Part shown: positions 9,461 through 20,563 of the stretch, one piece after another | Numbering within the stretch: the first letter of the stretch is position 1 | Layout of the letters: the number at the start of each line of letters is the position of its first letter | DNA from: an uncultured bacterium | GTDB lineage: Bacteria > Bacteroidota > Rhodothermia > Balneolales > DATFMH01 | Reading direction: 5' to 3' | Assembly: GCA_963712305.1 (NCBI GenBank) | Contig: CAVQHI010000002.1 | Span: forward strand, 1,322,440-1,386,439 | DNA length: 64,000 nucleotides | The notes under the pieces: model-generated | Told to the model about the DNA's origin: nothing | The model's database searches: none | What the model saw: the letters and a program-made list of their open reading frames with translations, nothing else | Made by a program: the position numbers and the translations under genes

Positions 9461-10690
9461 TTACGACTGTGCAAAAGCAATCGTACGCAGCGGATCCGTT
9501 TTTGAGGCTACGCGGGCGGGGAGCCACGAGGCCAGGACACATAAGATGAGTGTGACAAAGCTGACCCACAGGAAATCAGTAATACGCGGCTGGACCGGCG
9601 CATATTTCATGAAATAATTCGTTTCTGAAAGTGGTATTAGATGCCATGTCCCCTGAATCCAATTGAAGAGGACAGCCAGTCCGACACCGATGATCAAACC
9701 CACCACAGCAATCAATAAACCTTCAAGCAGGAAGAGCCGGCGGATGCGTTTGGCCGTTGTTCCAATTGCTTTCAGAATGCCGATGTCGCGTGTTCGTTCG
9801 AGGACCATCATCAGGATAGTACCAATCAGGTTGAAGGCAGCGACGAGGATCATTACACCAATGACAAGTGGAATCGTCTGCTCCTGCAGGTTGATCCATG
9901 CAAAGATGCCGCTGTAGCTGTCATAGACTGATTGCACGAAATAGGGAACACCCATATTCCGGTATAGGGAATCGGTGATGGCATTAATGCGTGCAGGATC
10001 CGTAACGTTCAGTTCTACACGCGTAGCTTCGGCAGAATTGAGATGCAGCAGTGAATGGCTGTAATGGCGATCGACGATAGCCAGGGCATTATCGAAACGA
10101 TCAATCCCGGTCTCATAGATGCCCGTCAAACGGAACTGCATAATATCCGGCAAATTGATCGGTGACGGGATGCCGTTTAAGGTGTAGACGGTTAGGCGTT
10201 CGCCCACTTTTGCCTGGAGATCTTTCGCCATGGTGGCACCGAGTACAATACCGGGCAGACCTGTAGAATCCCTTGAAAGGGTATAACTGCCTGTAGTTAT
10301 ATATTTCTGAATGGAGGTGAGATGATTATCTGTGTTAATGCCGCGTAGTATCACCCCCTCGGCATGATCGTGCGTCTGCACCATCACCTGGGTCATATCC
10401 ACCGGCTGTGCGGCAGCAACATCAGGACGATGATTCAGGTAGGAAACAAGCGTGTCCGCTCGACCGATAGGTTCACCTGAAAATGTCTCCACTGTGATAT
10501 TGGGCATGAAACTGGTGATTTTTCCCTCGATCGTCGATTTGAAACCGTGTACAATTGACAAGGCGATCAACAACCCGCCGGAACCCAGAGCCACACCGGC
10601 TATAGCCATGATCTTGATAAACGACAGAAAGCGAGAGTCCTGCCGCTTGCCCCTGAAATACCTCCGGGCTAAGAACCATTCAAAATGCAT
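9461..10690 (-). CDS. FtsX-like ABC transporter permease (LolC/LolE family)
   Basis: 409 aa. N-terminal FLARRYF motif, large periplasmic loop and a C-terminal FtsX 3-TM bundle. Confidence 0.8.
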   Translation of the reverse strand: MHFEWFLARRYFRGKRQDSRFLSFIKIMAIAGVALGSGGLLIALSIVHGFKSTIEGKITSFMPNITVETFSGEPIGRADTLVSYLNHRPDVAAAQPVDMTQVMVQTHDHAEGVILRGINTDNHLTSIQKYITTGSYTLSRDSTGLPGIVLGATMAKDLQAKVGERLTVYTLNGIPSPINLPDIMQFRLTGIYETGIDRFDNALAIVDRHYSHSLLHLNSAEATRVELNVTDPARINAITDSLYRNMGVPYFVQSVYDSYSGIFAWINLQEQTIPLVIGVMILVAAFNLIGTILMMVLERTRDIGILKAIGTTAKRIRRLFLLEGLLIAVVGLIIGVGLAVLFNWIQGTWHLIPLSETNYFMKYAPVQPRITDFLWVSFVTLILCVLASWLPARVASKTDPLRTIAFAQS

Positions 10691-10821
10691 GACTAATGTG
10701 TAGTGTCAAAATTATAGATAAATGACTGGACGAATGTATGGTTGGATGTGGCGTTTTAAACAGTCATACGATCATTCAGATTTCCAATTCTAAGTACTTT
10801 AGGCACTCTTAAGTACTTAAT

Positions 10822-12348
10822 CTACTCGGGCCGCATGTGCGGGAAAAAGAGCACATCGCGGATGGAATCCTGGTTAGTCATGATCATAGCCAGACGGTCT
10901 ATGCCGATGCCCAATCCGGCGGTCGGCGGCATGCCGTATTCGATGGCACGCAGGAAGTCTTCATCCACAGTCATTGCTTCGTCATCTCCCTGGGCTCTCA
11001 GTCGTGCCTGTTCCTCGAGGCGTTCACGCTGATCAACCGGATCATTGAGTTCGGAGAATGCGTTGCAAATCTCTTTGCCATTAACGATGCCCTCAAAACG
11101 TTCGACCAGTCCATCTGTCGTACGATGCTTCTTGGCAAGCGGACTCAGTTCTACAGGATAATCGATGATGAATGTCGGCTGGATCAGTTTAGGTTCGACA
11201 AACTCCCCAAAAATTTCATCGATCAGCTTGCCGGTACCCATGCTGTCATCGATGTCGAGATGCAATTCTTTTGCCACGGCGGCAATCTCGTCGCGGGATT
11301 TTTTATACAGATTATGACCTGTTTCCTTCTCGATAGCTTCGAACATGGGAATACGCGGCCAGGGCCGCTTGAAATCGATTACATTGTCACCCACCTTAAC
11401 CTCGGTTGAACCGTGGAGTACGAGCGCCACCTTTTCGATGATCTCTTCCACGAAGTCCATCATCCAGTTGTAGTCTTTGTACGCGACATACAACTCAACC
11501 TGGGTGAATTCAGGATTGTGAAACCGGCTCATGCCTTCATTCCGAAAATCCTTTGCAAACTCGAATACACCATCAAACCCGCCGACGATCAGACGCTTGA
11601 GGTACAGTTCGTTTGCGATACGCATGTAAAGCTCCATATCCAGTGCGTTGTGATGGGTCACAAACGGCCGGGCCGATGCTCCGCCATAAATTGGCTGAAG
11701 AATCGGGGTCTCGACTTCCAGGTAACCCTTATTTATCATGAAATCGCGCATGGTCTGGATTAGTTTCGACCGTTTGCGGAAGACATCACGAATCTCCGGG
11801 TTGACAATGAGATCAACATACCGTTGACGATAGCGCAACTCTTTGTCGCTGAAAGCATCATAAACTTTCTTTTCACCATCCTCGACCACTTCCTTTGGAG
11901 TAGGAATGGGACGAACGGTCTTTGTCAGAAGCTCAAATGACTCGGCATGGACTGTGATCTCGCCTGTGCGAGTCCGGAACACGAACCCTTTTACACCGAC
12001 CAGGTCACCGATATCGACAAGTTTCTTGAACAGGGTATTATAAGTTTCAACACCAACGTCATCCCGTTTGATGTAAACCTGGATAGTTCCTTCAGCATCC
12101 TGCAGGTTGAAGAACGACGCTTTACCCATGATACGCCGGGTCATGATACGTCCGGCTACTCCGACGCGCCCGGGCTCTTCCCCGCTTTCCTCGTCTTTCA
12201 GAAGCTCAGGCGTCTCGAGGATTTTCTTACTGTTATGGGTGGCATCAAAGGAATAAGGATACGGGTTCACACCCATGTCACGGATTTCGTCTAGCTTCTG
12301 AATCCGAAGCTCTTCCTGTTCACTTAACTCTGTTGTTCGATCGGTCAT
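10822..12348 (-). CDS. lysS: Lysine--tRNA ligase (class II)
   Basis: 508 aa. OB-fold N-terminus and class II motifs (FRNEG...HNPEFT, GIGIDRL). LysS-typical throughout. Confidence 0.95.
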   Translation of the reverse strand: MTDRTTELSEQEELRIQKLDEIRDMGVNPYPYSFDATHNSKKILETPELLKDEESGEEPGRVGVAGRIMTRRIMGKASFFNLQDAEGTIQVYIKRDDVGVETYNTLFKKLVDIGDLVGVKGFVFRTRTGEITVHAESFELLTKTVRPIPTPKEVVEDGEKKVYDAFSDKELRYRQRYVDLIVNPEIRDVFRKRSKLIQTMRDFMINKGYLEVETPILQPIYGGASARPFVTHHNALDMELYMRIANELYLKRLIVGGFDGVFEFAKDFRNEGMSRFHNPEFTQVELYVAYKDYNWMMDFVEEIIEKVALVLHGSTEVKVGDNVIDFKRPWPRIPMFEAIEKETGHNLYKKSRDEIAAVAKELHLDIDDSMGTGKLIDEIFGEFVEPKLIQPTFIIDYPVELSPLAKKHRTTDGLVERFEGIVNGKEICNAFSELNDPVDQRERLEEQARLRAQGDDEAMTVDEDFLRAIEYGMPPTAGLGIGIDRLAMIMTNQDSIRDVLFFPHMRPE

Positions 12349-12730
12349 TAATTCGATTATTTTCTGGCCAGTTTCGAAGGTTACGATTGAATGACGACAG
12401 GATGGCCGTCTTTTTACAAAGTTCGTAAGATACGATCATTAACGGAGAGATACATAACCTCACCCCGGCCCTCTCCACAAATGTGGAGAGGGAGTATGTT
12501 CGTAGCCAGATTAGTATAGGCCGGCATCTCAGTCGTAAGTTTATAGCTTGTGACGTATCCAATGTCGTTTTTTACCTGCTCGCATGGTTTTCAGCCCCTA
12601 ACCTGTCGCAAGTTTCTCCCGATCCATCGGGATGACCTATTCAACGGCCATGTCATTATCCATTCGTGAGTATTTTGTTCGGCAACCAGCTTCTACTATT
12701 CCATCATCCCAATATTCCCTATTTTTCGGC

Positions 12731-13348
12731 ATGCAAATTATATCGTTACCTGTAAAAGGACTTTATACTGCCTTTGCCGAGGTTGTGAGTGATATACCGT
12801 CGAGCCGTCTGCATGCCAGGGAACAGCGGCATCTCAAGACGATACGCAACAACCGCAGGCGTGCTGAAATAATAACCTCAAGAATAGTACTGAAAGATCT
12901 CGCAGGCCTTGCCGGGCTGGACCGCGGGACTTTTCATATTGAGAAAGACGAAGAAGGCCGCCCGATGGGGATAAACGGTGATCGAAAAATTCAGGTAGGT
13001 ATCAGTCACTCTAACCGGCATGTGTTGTGTGCGCTCTCATTTGATGGCGCTGTCGGCCTGGATATTGAAAATATTAGCAGGAGAATGCCTGTGCGTTTGT
13101 CGCGTCGCATATTGGCTCCCTCAGAATTTGAACTGCTTGATGACTTCCCGCTTGTGCGACTATGGACAATCAAGGAAGCCGTCCTCAAACAACTGGGCCT
13201 CGGACTCTACGCCGGCATGCCGAACGTGACTCTAAGACCCTTCGATGATCATCATTTCCATGCAGCGTTCAGGGGGCAGAGGTTTAAGATTTATAGTCTC
13301 TCAAATGATAGTGCGTGGATTGCTATTAGTATTTTTGATTCGAAGTGA
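12731..13348 (+). CDS. 4'-phosphopantetheinyl transferase superfamily protein (Sfp type)
   Basis: The ORF is open from 12632. The likely start is MQIISLP at 12731. Motifs GRPMG, ISHSNRHVLCA, GLDIE and WTIKEAVLK. Confidence 0.7.
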   Translation: MQIISLPVKGLYTAFAEVVSDIPSSRLHAREQRHLKTIRNNRRRAEIITSRIVLKDLAGLAGLDRGTFHIEKDEEGRPMGINGDRKIQVGISHSNRHVLCALSFDGAVGLDIENISRRMPVRLSRRILAPSEFELLDDFPLVRLWTIKEAVLKQLGLGLYAGMPNVTLRPFDDHHFHAAFRGQRFKIYSLSNDSAWIAISIFDSK

Positions 13349-13587
13349 GTGGTTACCTCTAAATGCCCTGAAAGGGACCTCCGCGTAAGATCTAAGTGCG
13401 CCGGCAATCTGATAAATTAAGCTATATCATATTCTTATGATTTTTCCGACAGATTTTAGGTCTCAAAACATAGGTCCCGTAAGTAAAATCAGGTAACACT
13501 AGTAAGGTACCTTGCCGGTTTTCTCCACATCCGGTGTGAGAGGAGAGTACGGGTGTTGTGGTATTGATGCGGATCGTTGCGCCCTGA

Positions 13588-14733
13588 ATCCGAGCGCTGG
13601 TAGAAGCCGATAGCCGGGCGAGTGGACGCCGCACGAAAACCGACCCGATTAGTGCCCGGGATATCGCCGGATATTTGGTCTCCCACCCCGAGAAGGTTCG
13701 CTATAACCAACCTTGGTATCCCCAGCTGCGGGGTCACTGGAAATTTATTCAACTGAACCTGAAACAAAAAACCCAACTGAGTAATCATCTGCAGGCCCTC
13801 TTGTATACGAATATGCCCGAATTGGTCGGCTATTGCCGGGATGGGATTCCTCACTGGCTCCTTCAGGTACTCGCAAACTATGCCAGCTATGACCAACTCA
13901 AAGCAGCGGGTATCGACCGGTTAGGCCAGATTCGGTATCTGAGCGGGATGAAAGCGGGAAACCTGCTGGATAAGATTGCCTCCGAACTCGGAGATAGCGG
14001 TCCGGTCTCGGCCGGTATTATAGCGACCCTGGCCCGACAGATGCTAACCCTGGAAGACGATATTCAGGATCAGAAAAAGCTATTGGCCAACCATTATCAA
14101 AGCTATGGGGAATGCCCCGGGGAAATTGAACTGCTCTGTAGTTTTCCCGGCATAGCTGTCTGGTCGGCCGTGGGCCTCATGCTCAATATTGGATCGGTGC
14201 AGATGTTTGAGAACGTCAAACAACTGGCCTCCCATTTAGGAGTCCATCCGCTCTATAAACAAAGCGGAGATGGGAGCTGGGGCCATCATATGAGCAAACA
14301 GGGTCGCTCAGAGGCACGCGCGATACTATATATGGTAGCCCGATCCGCCATTCAATGTAATCCGCTCATCAGACAAACCTACCAGGCCTTTCTGAATAAG
14401 GGCATGGCCAGGAAGGCGGCCTTGGGAGTCTGCATGCACAAGATTCTGCGTATCGTCTATGGGATGCTTAAGAACAACACACCCTTCAATGCTCAAATCG
14501 ACCGGAAGAACAGCCAAAAAGGCAAGAACGTATCCTCCCATAAAAAACGGGATAAAAGAAGGCGGTGGCAGGACTTTGATCCCCAGGCCGCCCTCTCACA
14601 GCGCCAGCACAAAAAAAGAAAGGAACAAGCCCGGTCCCAAGACGATCAACTCGCCAAGTGCGGGATCCAAAGGCTTGCTCCTACTCCTCAATTACTCAAA
14701 AAAGTAACAAAAAATAAAATCCAATTAGAGTAA
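13588..14733 (+). pseudogene. IS110-family transposase, 5'-truncated remnant
   Basis: The C-terminal Transposase_20-like part is intact (GIAVWSAVGLMLNIG...HMSKQGRSEARAILYMVA). In-frame upstream sequence back to the stop at 13585-13587 reads ...KTDPISARDIA, the end of the DEDD domain. The remaining roughly 100 aa of the N-terminal catalytic domain are absent. Confidence 0.75.
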
Positions 14734-14941
14734 TCTTTCTTGACTTTAACCGGAATAACTTCAGGGGATTTAGGGGTAAAAAAAACTATCAACTAATTAG
14801 GGTAAATCATTTTCTTAGGTTATTGGTAGCGCTATTTTATCCATCTATCATTTATTAACCCTGCATTGAGTAACGAGCGTTTAAGCGTTACCTTATTAAT
14901 TGATTTGGAGTGGTTGCATAACATAATCGTTTACAGATAAC

Positions 14942-15703
14942 ATGAACATACTATCCTACACAAAAGAACAGATTCAAAAAGCCATTGAAGAGGCTGCTAA
15001 ATCCACCGAAGAGTCTTATCCGAGAATATTATTCGTTCCAAACGAGATTAATGATCAAAACTTCCGGCAGGTCTGTGAGGTGTACGCTTCGATATACCCG
15101 TATAATTTCGATACTATTATCGTTTTGGAGGGAGTCGATGGGGAACTTGTCAAAAGTATAAGCATCCCAAGCGTGGAAAGCTTCAAAACTCCCTTCGGAG
15201 AAGTCCCGTTCAACGCTAAGCTTGCTGATGATTTCTGTGATGAAGAAGATGACTTCTTTATTACGAACGAAGCTTACAGTGATAACATGAGTCTGTTTCA
15301 GCAATTGGCTATGCTGAATGTTGTTCAGCCACGTGGATTTAACGCGATCAGCATCCAGGTGTCGAACCAGGAGCGGGGTTTTATCATCCGGGAGTTGTCT
15401 ATTGTGATGAGCGAGGTGCTTAATACTTACAATTCACTGACGATTTGCTGCTGTGATATGCATATTTCCCAAAAGGAAAAGCTGGATCAGCTGATGAACT
15501 ATCACCACGGGCATGATACCTCAAACTTAAAATACCTCATCAACCAGGAGGATGTCATCGTGCATGGCAAGTCGCCTTTGCTTACCGGTATGCTGCTGGC
15601 GCATATTTGGGATCTGGATGTTCAGTTCCTTGATGGTGAATATTCGATCGGTGAAGGATACAGCCTTGTTGCAGGATATGCGGTTAACAGACACCATAAA
15701 TGA
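14942..15703 (+). CDS. MEMO1/AmmeMemoRadiSam-B-like protein, divergent
   Basis: 253 aa. The layout resembles the Memo family (FVP..., TIIVLEGVDG, TPFGEVPFNAKLADDF, SLFQQLAML), but the usual His positions appear substituted. Judged by eye only. Confidence 0.4.
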   Translation: MNILSYTKEQIQKAIEEAAKSTEESYPRILFVPNEINDQNFRQVCEVYASIYPYNFDTIIVLEGVDGELVKSISIPSVESFKTPFGEVPFNAKLADDFCDEEDDFFITNEAYSDNMSLFQQLAMLNVVQPRGFNAISIQVSNQERGFIIRELSIVMSEVLNTYNSLTICCCDMHISQKEKLDQLMNYHHGHDTSNLKYLINQEDVIVHGKSPLLTGMLLAHIWDLDVQFLDGEYSIGEGYSLVAGYAVNRHHK

Positions 15704-16554
15704 CTGACGGGATAAGTATTATCGGGACTGGAAGAGTGGGACGATGTCTCGCTCTGGCACTTTACCGGGCCGGATTCAATATCAAAAGCATCTTTAACAC
15801 TACTGTTTCCGTTGCTGAAAAGCTTGCAGAAACAACGAATCCATCGCTTGTTAAATCATCCCCCGAAAGCAGTGGCGAGCTTGCATCGATTGTTTTTATA
15901 TGTGTCCCTGATGACGCCATCCACAGCGTTGCAACAAAAATCAGCGAACTCACTGTAGATTGGAGTGGCCATTCATTTATACACTGTTCCGGTGCACGTT
16001 CGGCAGATGATCTCGTGCCTTTGTCCCGGCGTGGCGCCCGAACTGCTTCGTTTCACCCGATACAAACATTCCCATTAGAGCCGGATACCAATGTATTTCA
16101 TGACATCTGGATCAGCCTGCAGGGAGATAACAAGCTGCTGGATTTGCTGGCTCAATATGCATCGGGACTCGGTGCAAGATCTGTACGTGTTTCAGCAGAA
16201 CAGAAACAACAAATCCATATCGCTGCCGTATTCGCCTGTAACTATGTTGTGACTCTTTGCGGAGCCGCACAAAAACTTTTACCTGATGACTCACAAGGCC
16301 TGGAGCTGCTTGCTCCTCTGATGCGGCAGACCCTGGATGGCATCCTTTCAGTTGGTCCGGAGAAGGCGCTGACCGGGCCTTTAATGCGTGGTGACATCCA
16401 AACCCTGCAGAATCACCTGGAAGCACTGGATGATTATCCGGAATTGAAAAAAATATATACAAGCCTCGGAAGTTATACCGTTACCCTGCTAAAAGAGATA
16501 TCAGCGAAGCCGGGAAACATCGACCAGGTTTCGGCTTTATTTGATAATAAATAA
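15700..16554 (+). CDS. Rossmann-fold / DUF2520 domain protein
   Basis: 284 aa. N-terminal ISIIGTGRVGRCLALAL Rossmann motif and a DUF2520-like C-terminal half. 4-nt overlap with the upstream gene. Confidence 0.6.
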   Translation: MTDGISIIGTGRVGRCLALALYRAGFNIKSIFNTTVSVAEKLAETTNPSLVKSSPESSGELASIVFICVPDDAIHSVATKISELTVDWSGHSFIHCSGARSADDLVPLSRRGARTASFHPIQTFPLEPDTNVFHDIWISLQGDNKLLDLLAQYASGLGARSVRVSAEQKQQIHIAAVFACNYVVTLCGAAQKLLPDDSQGLELLAPLMRQTLDGILSVGPEKALTGPLMRGDIQTLQNHLEALDDYPELKKIYTSLGSYTVTLLKEISAKPGNIDQVSALFDNK

Positions 16555-16557
16555 ACA

Positions 16558-17211
16558 ATGCGGGAGGTTTCAATGAAGAAACTGCATATTTATGCCACGC
16601 AATTGCCTTTACTGTTGATCCTGATATCGGGATCTGTTCAGAAGTATAATGGTTCAACAAAACCGGGCCCGTTGCTGAATATCGGCGAAAAGATGCCTAT
16701 GCCGGACTACCAGATGCAGGACACGAATTACAATATGATTTCTCCTTCCATGGCAAAGCAGCAGAATGGCGTACTTGTGTTGTTTACCGCCAATGAATGC
16801 GGGGTGGCTGATGAATGGCAGGACCGGTACAACATGCTCGCCCAGGCTTGTAAAGCGAATCATATCGGCATGATAGCGGTGAATCCGAATTCGGCATTAA
16901 TTCACGGCCCTGCCTCTGTGGCAAAGAACAAGGAACAGGCAAAAAAATACCATTACCGGTTCACGTACGTTTCGGATAAGCACAATGAACTGGCCGATGC
17001 CTTCGGTGTTCGTCAGATCCCGATCGTATTTCTCTTTGATAAAAATCTGAAGCTGGTGTATCGTGGATCTATTGACGACAATCCCCAAAATTCCGGGAAT
17101 GTGAAAGATCATTATGCGATGGATGCTATTGCAAGTCTCGGAAGCGGACTTACCGTACCGAAAGCAATAACGAGTGTGAAAGGTTGTCCGGTGATGTGGG
17201 AAAATGACTGA
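16558..17211 (+). CDS. Secreted thioredoxin-fold family protein
   Basis: 217 aa with a signal peptide. VLVLFTANECGV in the position of the redox motif, FLFDKNLKLVYRGSIDD, and C-terminal KGCPVMW, typical of this thioredoxin-like family. Confidence 0.55.
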   Translation: MREVSMKKLHIYATQLPLLLILISGSVQKYNGSTKPGPLLNIGEKMPMPDYQMQDTNYNMISPSMAKQQNGVLVLFTANECGVADEWQDRYNMLAQACKANHIGMIAVNPNSALIHGPASVAKNKEQAKKYHYRFTYVSDKHNELADAFGVRQIPIVFLFDKNLKLVYRGSIDDNPQNSGNVKDHYAMDAIASLGSGLTVPKAITSVKGCPVMWEND

Positions 17212-17392
17212 TATAAGCCGTATCTTACAGACTTGTTGAAATTTGAGTCCGGGATGAAAAAATGAAACAGCACAAGAAACAAATTAGCTCTGTGCAATTC
17301 TCTGTGATCTCTGCAGTTTCACCTTTTGGATAAAGCATATCCCGGATTCTTGTAAAGCATCATGCTGATTTGATTAGAAAAAAAACAGATTA

Positions 17393-17782
17393 ATGCCGAC
17401 CTGGAAACTAAATACCGAATTTAAATTTGATGCAGCTCATGCCATCGAAGGGTATGACGGTAAATGTAGTCGTGTGCACGGACATACATATCGCGTACGT
17501 GTGACGGCAAAATCACATAAGCTCAATCCCTCCAAATATCTGCAGACACCCGACATGGTTTGTGATTTCAGGGAACTGAAATGGCCTGCCAAGGACTTGG
17601 AGAAGGGCGGTTTTGATCATTGCCTGTTAAATGAACATGTTCCGGTGGCAACCACTGCCGAACGTTTGGCTGAGTACATTCATAAAGAAACCAAGAAACG
17701 CATTCCCGATGGCATCGAGTTGACCATCACGGTTTGGGAAACTCCGGATAGTTGGGTAGAATACACGGACGAAGATGTTTAA
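17393..17782 (+). CDS. queD: 6-carboxy-5,6,7,8-tetrahydropterin synthase QueD
   Basis: 129 aa. FDAAHAIEGYDGKCSRVHGHTYRVRV zinc/catalytic motif. Confidence 0.9.
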   Translation: MPTWKLNTEFKFDAAHAIEGYDGKCSRVHGHTYRVRVTAKSHKLNPSKYLQTPDMVCDFRELKWPAKDLEKGGFDHCLLNEHVPVATTAERLAEYIHKETKKRIPDGIELTITVWETPDSWVEYTDEDV

Positions 17783-18431
17783 GCCCGAAGAACAAGGACA
17801 TATCACGCTCGATCTCCTCGAAAAGAACCCGGAAAAGGTCGCTTACCCGGTGATGGAACATTTCTATACCATCCAGGGAGAAGGCGCGCATACGGGGAAA
17901 GCTGCTTATTTCATCCGCCTTGCCGGATGTGATGTCGGATGCTGGTGGTGTGACGTAAAAGAGAGCTGGGATGCCGATAAACATCCGAAAGTAACAGTCG
18001 ATAGGCTGGTCCGTGCAGCCGTTGCAAGCGGAACGAAGATGGTGGTTATAACAGGAGGCGAACCACTGCTTCACGATTTGACACCGCTGACCGAAGCCCT
18101 GCACCGGGCCGGACTTAAAATTCATATCGAAACGAGCGGATCATCGCCCATAAGTGGTCATCTCGACTGGATAACCCTCTCTCCCAAACGGTTCAAGAAA
18201 CCGCTCGATGAGATCTTTGCCTACGTAGATGAACTGAAAGTGGTCGTCCTGACCAATAAGGACCTGAAATGGGCGGAAGAAAACGCGGCTAAATGTCCGG
18301 AGTCGACTCGACTTTTGTTGCAGCCGGAGTGGGACACGCCAAAATCGATGGGACTGATTGTCGAATATGTGAAGGAGCATCCGGAGTGGAACATCAGTCT
18401 TCAGACGCACAAGTTTTTGGGAGTGCGCTGA
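17775..18431 (+). CDS. queE: 7-carboxy-7-deazaguanine synthase QueE (radical SAM)
   Basis: 218 aa. FIRLAGCDVGCWWCD cluster motif. 8-nt overlap with queD. Confidence 0.9.
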   Translation: MFKPEEQGHITLDLLEKNPEKVAYPVMEHFYTIQGEGAHTGKAAYFIRLAGCDVGCWWCDVKESWDADKHPKVTVDRLVRAAVASGTKMVVITGGEPLLHDLTPLTEALHRAGLKIHIETSGSSPISGHLDWITLSPKRFKKPLDEIFAYVDELKVVVLTNKDLKWAEENAAKCPESTRLLLQPEWDTPKSMGLIVEYVKEHPEWNISLQTHKFLGVR

Positions 18432-19136
18432 ATGAGTTTTGATGACCTGTCCGTTGTTATAACCGGTGCCAGCCGCGGGATCGGTCAGCAGATCGCCTGG
18501 TATTTTGCCGAACACGGGCATCACCCGCTGGTATTGATCGCCCGTGATTCTAACGGATTGGCCGGGACAAAGCAGGGATGCGAAGAACGGGGATCCAAAC
18601 ACGTTTACACGGCAGAATGCAACCTGTCCGATCCGGCGGATCTTAAGTCAATCATTCTTCCTGATCCATTTGATAAAGTAGGTGTGCTGATTAATAATGC
18701 CGGTGGCTATGCAGAACTTGGTTTTACGGAGACGGACGCATCCGTTATGCACGAGCAGTTTGACGCCAACGTTATGACCGCCTTCAATACCATCAAACAC
18801 TTCTCCCCGGCCATGCTCAAAAACGACAGGGGATACATCGTAACAGTTGGAAGTCTGGGCGGGTTGCAGGGACTGCAGCGTGCCGTTGCATATGCTACTT
18901 CCAAACACGCTCTTCTTGGATTGTGCCGCTCCCTGCGCACCGAATTTGCCCGTCATAACATCGGAGTGACGGTCGTCAACCCAGGCGCCACATGGTCTAC
19001 TTCCTGGGAGAACGATGCGGTCATCCCCGAAAATCTCGTCGATGCCCGGGATGTCGCCCGGCTGATATACCAGGTAACGCGTATGTCACCAAGAAGCGTA
19101 GTTGATGAGTTGCTGATCACGCCCATGCGTGGGTGA
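18432..19136 (+). CDS. SDR-family oxidoreductase
   Basis: 234 aa. TGASRGIG cofactor motif, NNAG, and YATSKHAL catalytic YxxxK. The start abuts the queE stop. Confidence 0.85.
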   Translation: MSFDDLSVVITGASRGIGQQIAWYFAEHGHHPLVLIARDSNGLAGTKQGCEERGSKHVYTAECNLSDPADLKSIILPDPFDKVGVLINNAGGYAELGFTETDASVMHEQFDANVMTAFNTIKHFSPAMLKNDRGYIVTVGSLGGLQGLQRAVAYATSKHALLGLCRSLRTEFARHNIGVTVVNPGATWSTSWENDAVIPENLVDARDVARLIYQVTRMSPRSVVDELLITPMRG

Positions 19137-19237
19137 GCGCATCTGTGGCTTCGCACCCGATCGTTGCGAACCTCCTCTTAGTCTCCTCCTTATCGAAGGA
19201 GGAGAGACTGACTTGAGAATAGGTTAAACACAGAGAT

Positions 19238-19362
19238 TGTCATTCTGAATTATTCTGCTTCAGCAGAAAAAGTAGAATCCCGTCAGTCGCGGGCAACGAT
19301 CGTTACAGGTTTCCACGAGATCCTACTTTCGCCCCGAAATCGGGGCGAAAATCAGGATGACA
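19238..19362. mobile_element. TIR-bounded repeat element (tgtcattctga ... tcaggatgaca) carrying a REP-like hairpin
   Basis: 11-bp terminal inverted repeats match 10/11. Internal hairpin cgccccgaaatcggggcg and the conserved box cacgagatcctac. Confidence 0.7.
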
Positions 19363-19667
19363 GATGCGGTGTCACTGTCCCGCACTATCATCCTAAATCA
19401 TTTGGCCGCCTCATTAAAAAAAATTATAGCAACTCATTCTCTCTAAGCTGTACATTATTAACTGTGTCAGAATAAGGCATTGTAAAGTTGTTTTGACTCG
19501 TGATTTAAATAAATCCAATCCACCAAAAAAAACAGTAACAAACCTTTCACCGTCCGGCATCTCAAAAATCATTTTGAGGTTTCCCCGGTCCTGATTCACG
19601 GATATGCCTGTTTTGTCTTCATAAACCATTAATCCATTCATTTATAACCAAATTACGAGGTCTGTAT

Positions 19668-20096
19668 ATGTCAATCATGAAGGAATTCAAAACGTTTGCC
19701 ATGCGCGGGAATGTCATCGACATGGCAGTGGGTATCATCATAGGTGTCGCTTTTGGTAAGATCGTTTCATCATTTGTTGCCGACATTATTATGCCGCCGA
19801 TTGGCTTGCTGATAGGAGGGGTAGATTTCAGTAATCTGTTGATAACCATCAAACAAGCAGTAGGAGAGACGCCTGCTGTGACCATCAATTATGGGGTGTT
19901 TATACAGACGGTCATTGATTTTGTGATCATTGCCTTTGCCATTTTTCTTGTGATTAAAGGCATGAATTCTATGAAGAAAAAAGAGGAAGCTCCTGCAGCA
20001 CCTCCACCGCCTCCGGCGCCAACGAAGGAAGAAATTCTTCTTGGAGAGATCCGGGATATTTTAAAGGCACAGCGTCCAGGCAAGCCGGCAGCGTAA
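19668..20096 (+). CDS. mscL: Large-conductance mechanosensitive channel MscL
   Basis: 142 aa. [43 protein letters not shown] is a canonical MscL N-terminus. Confidence 0.95.
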   Translation: MSIMKEFKTFAMRGNVIDMAVGIIIGVAFGKIVSSFVADIIMPPIGLLIGGVDFSNLLITIKQAVGETPAVTINYGVFIQTVIDFVIIAFAIFLVIKGMNSMKKKEEAPAAPPPPPAPTKEEILLGEIRDILKAQRPGKPAA

Positions 20097-20563
20097 CTTA
20101 TTTCCGTAAGCCGCCCCGAACCTCCTCTTGGTCTCCTCCTTATCCAAGGAGGAGAAACGCATGATAGGAACGTTAATCCTGCTTGTCATTGCGAGGAGCC
20201 TCTTTAGAGCGACGTGGCAATCCCGTCAGTAGAACATTGAAACGTGAGTTACCTCACCTGTGCCGTCAGGTACGGAATATGGATTTACGTTTACAGGTTG
20301 CAAGGGATAGGATATTGATGCTCCGTGCGGTAGCATATTTCGTACCTAAAGGCACGATTTGTTTTGAGGGGCTGCTGTTTCTACCGATATGTAGTCCCTG
20401 ACGGGACAAATTGGGCTATTCTGTAAATCACCGTTATTTTCCTCTCCTTTTCAAGGAGGGGAGACGGACTTGTGAAAATGTTAAACACAGGCTGTCATTC
20501 TGAATTTTTCTGCTTCAGTAGAAAAAGTAGAATCCCGTTAGTCGTTGGAAACGATTGTTGCCG

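Noticed and set aside
13349-13700. IS110 bridge/guide RNA next to the IS110 transposase remnant
   Set aside because: The element is truncated on exactly the side where IS110-group elements carry the non-coding guide region. No IS end or convincing multi-stem structure could be recognised by eye. This needs a covariance-model scan before any claim.
17212-17392. preQ1 riboswitch upstream of queD-queE
   Set aside because: No match by eye to the compact preQ1-I/II consensus (a short hairpin followed by an A-rich tail with the conserved CUA/ACCC elements). The region contains the ctctgtg-type dispersed repeat words instead.
20183-20401. ORFs lying wholly in repeat stacks: 20183-20401, 22585-22794, 24629-24832, 26395-26667, 31067-31291, 31481-31744, 31716-31928, 32618-32833, 33029-33307, 35459-35781, 37464-37795 and 39240-39440
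   Set aside because: Each is made by translating dispersed repeat modules (hairpins, TIR elements). The same 'peptides' recur wherever the repeat recurs. No RBS or motif supports them.
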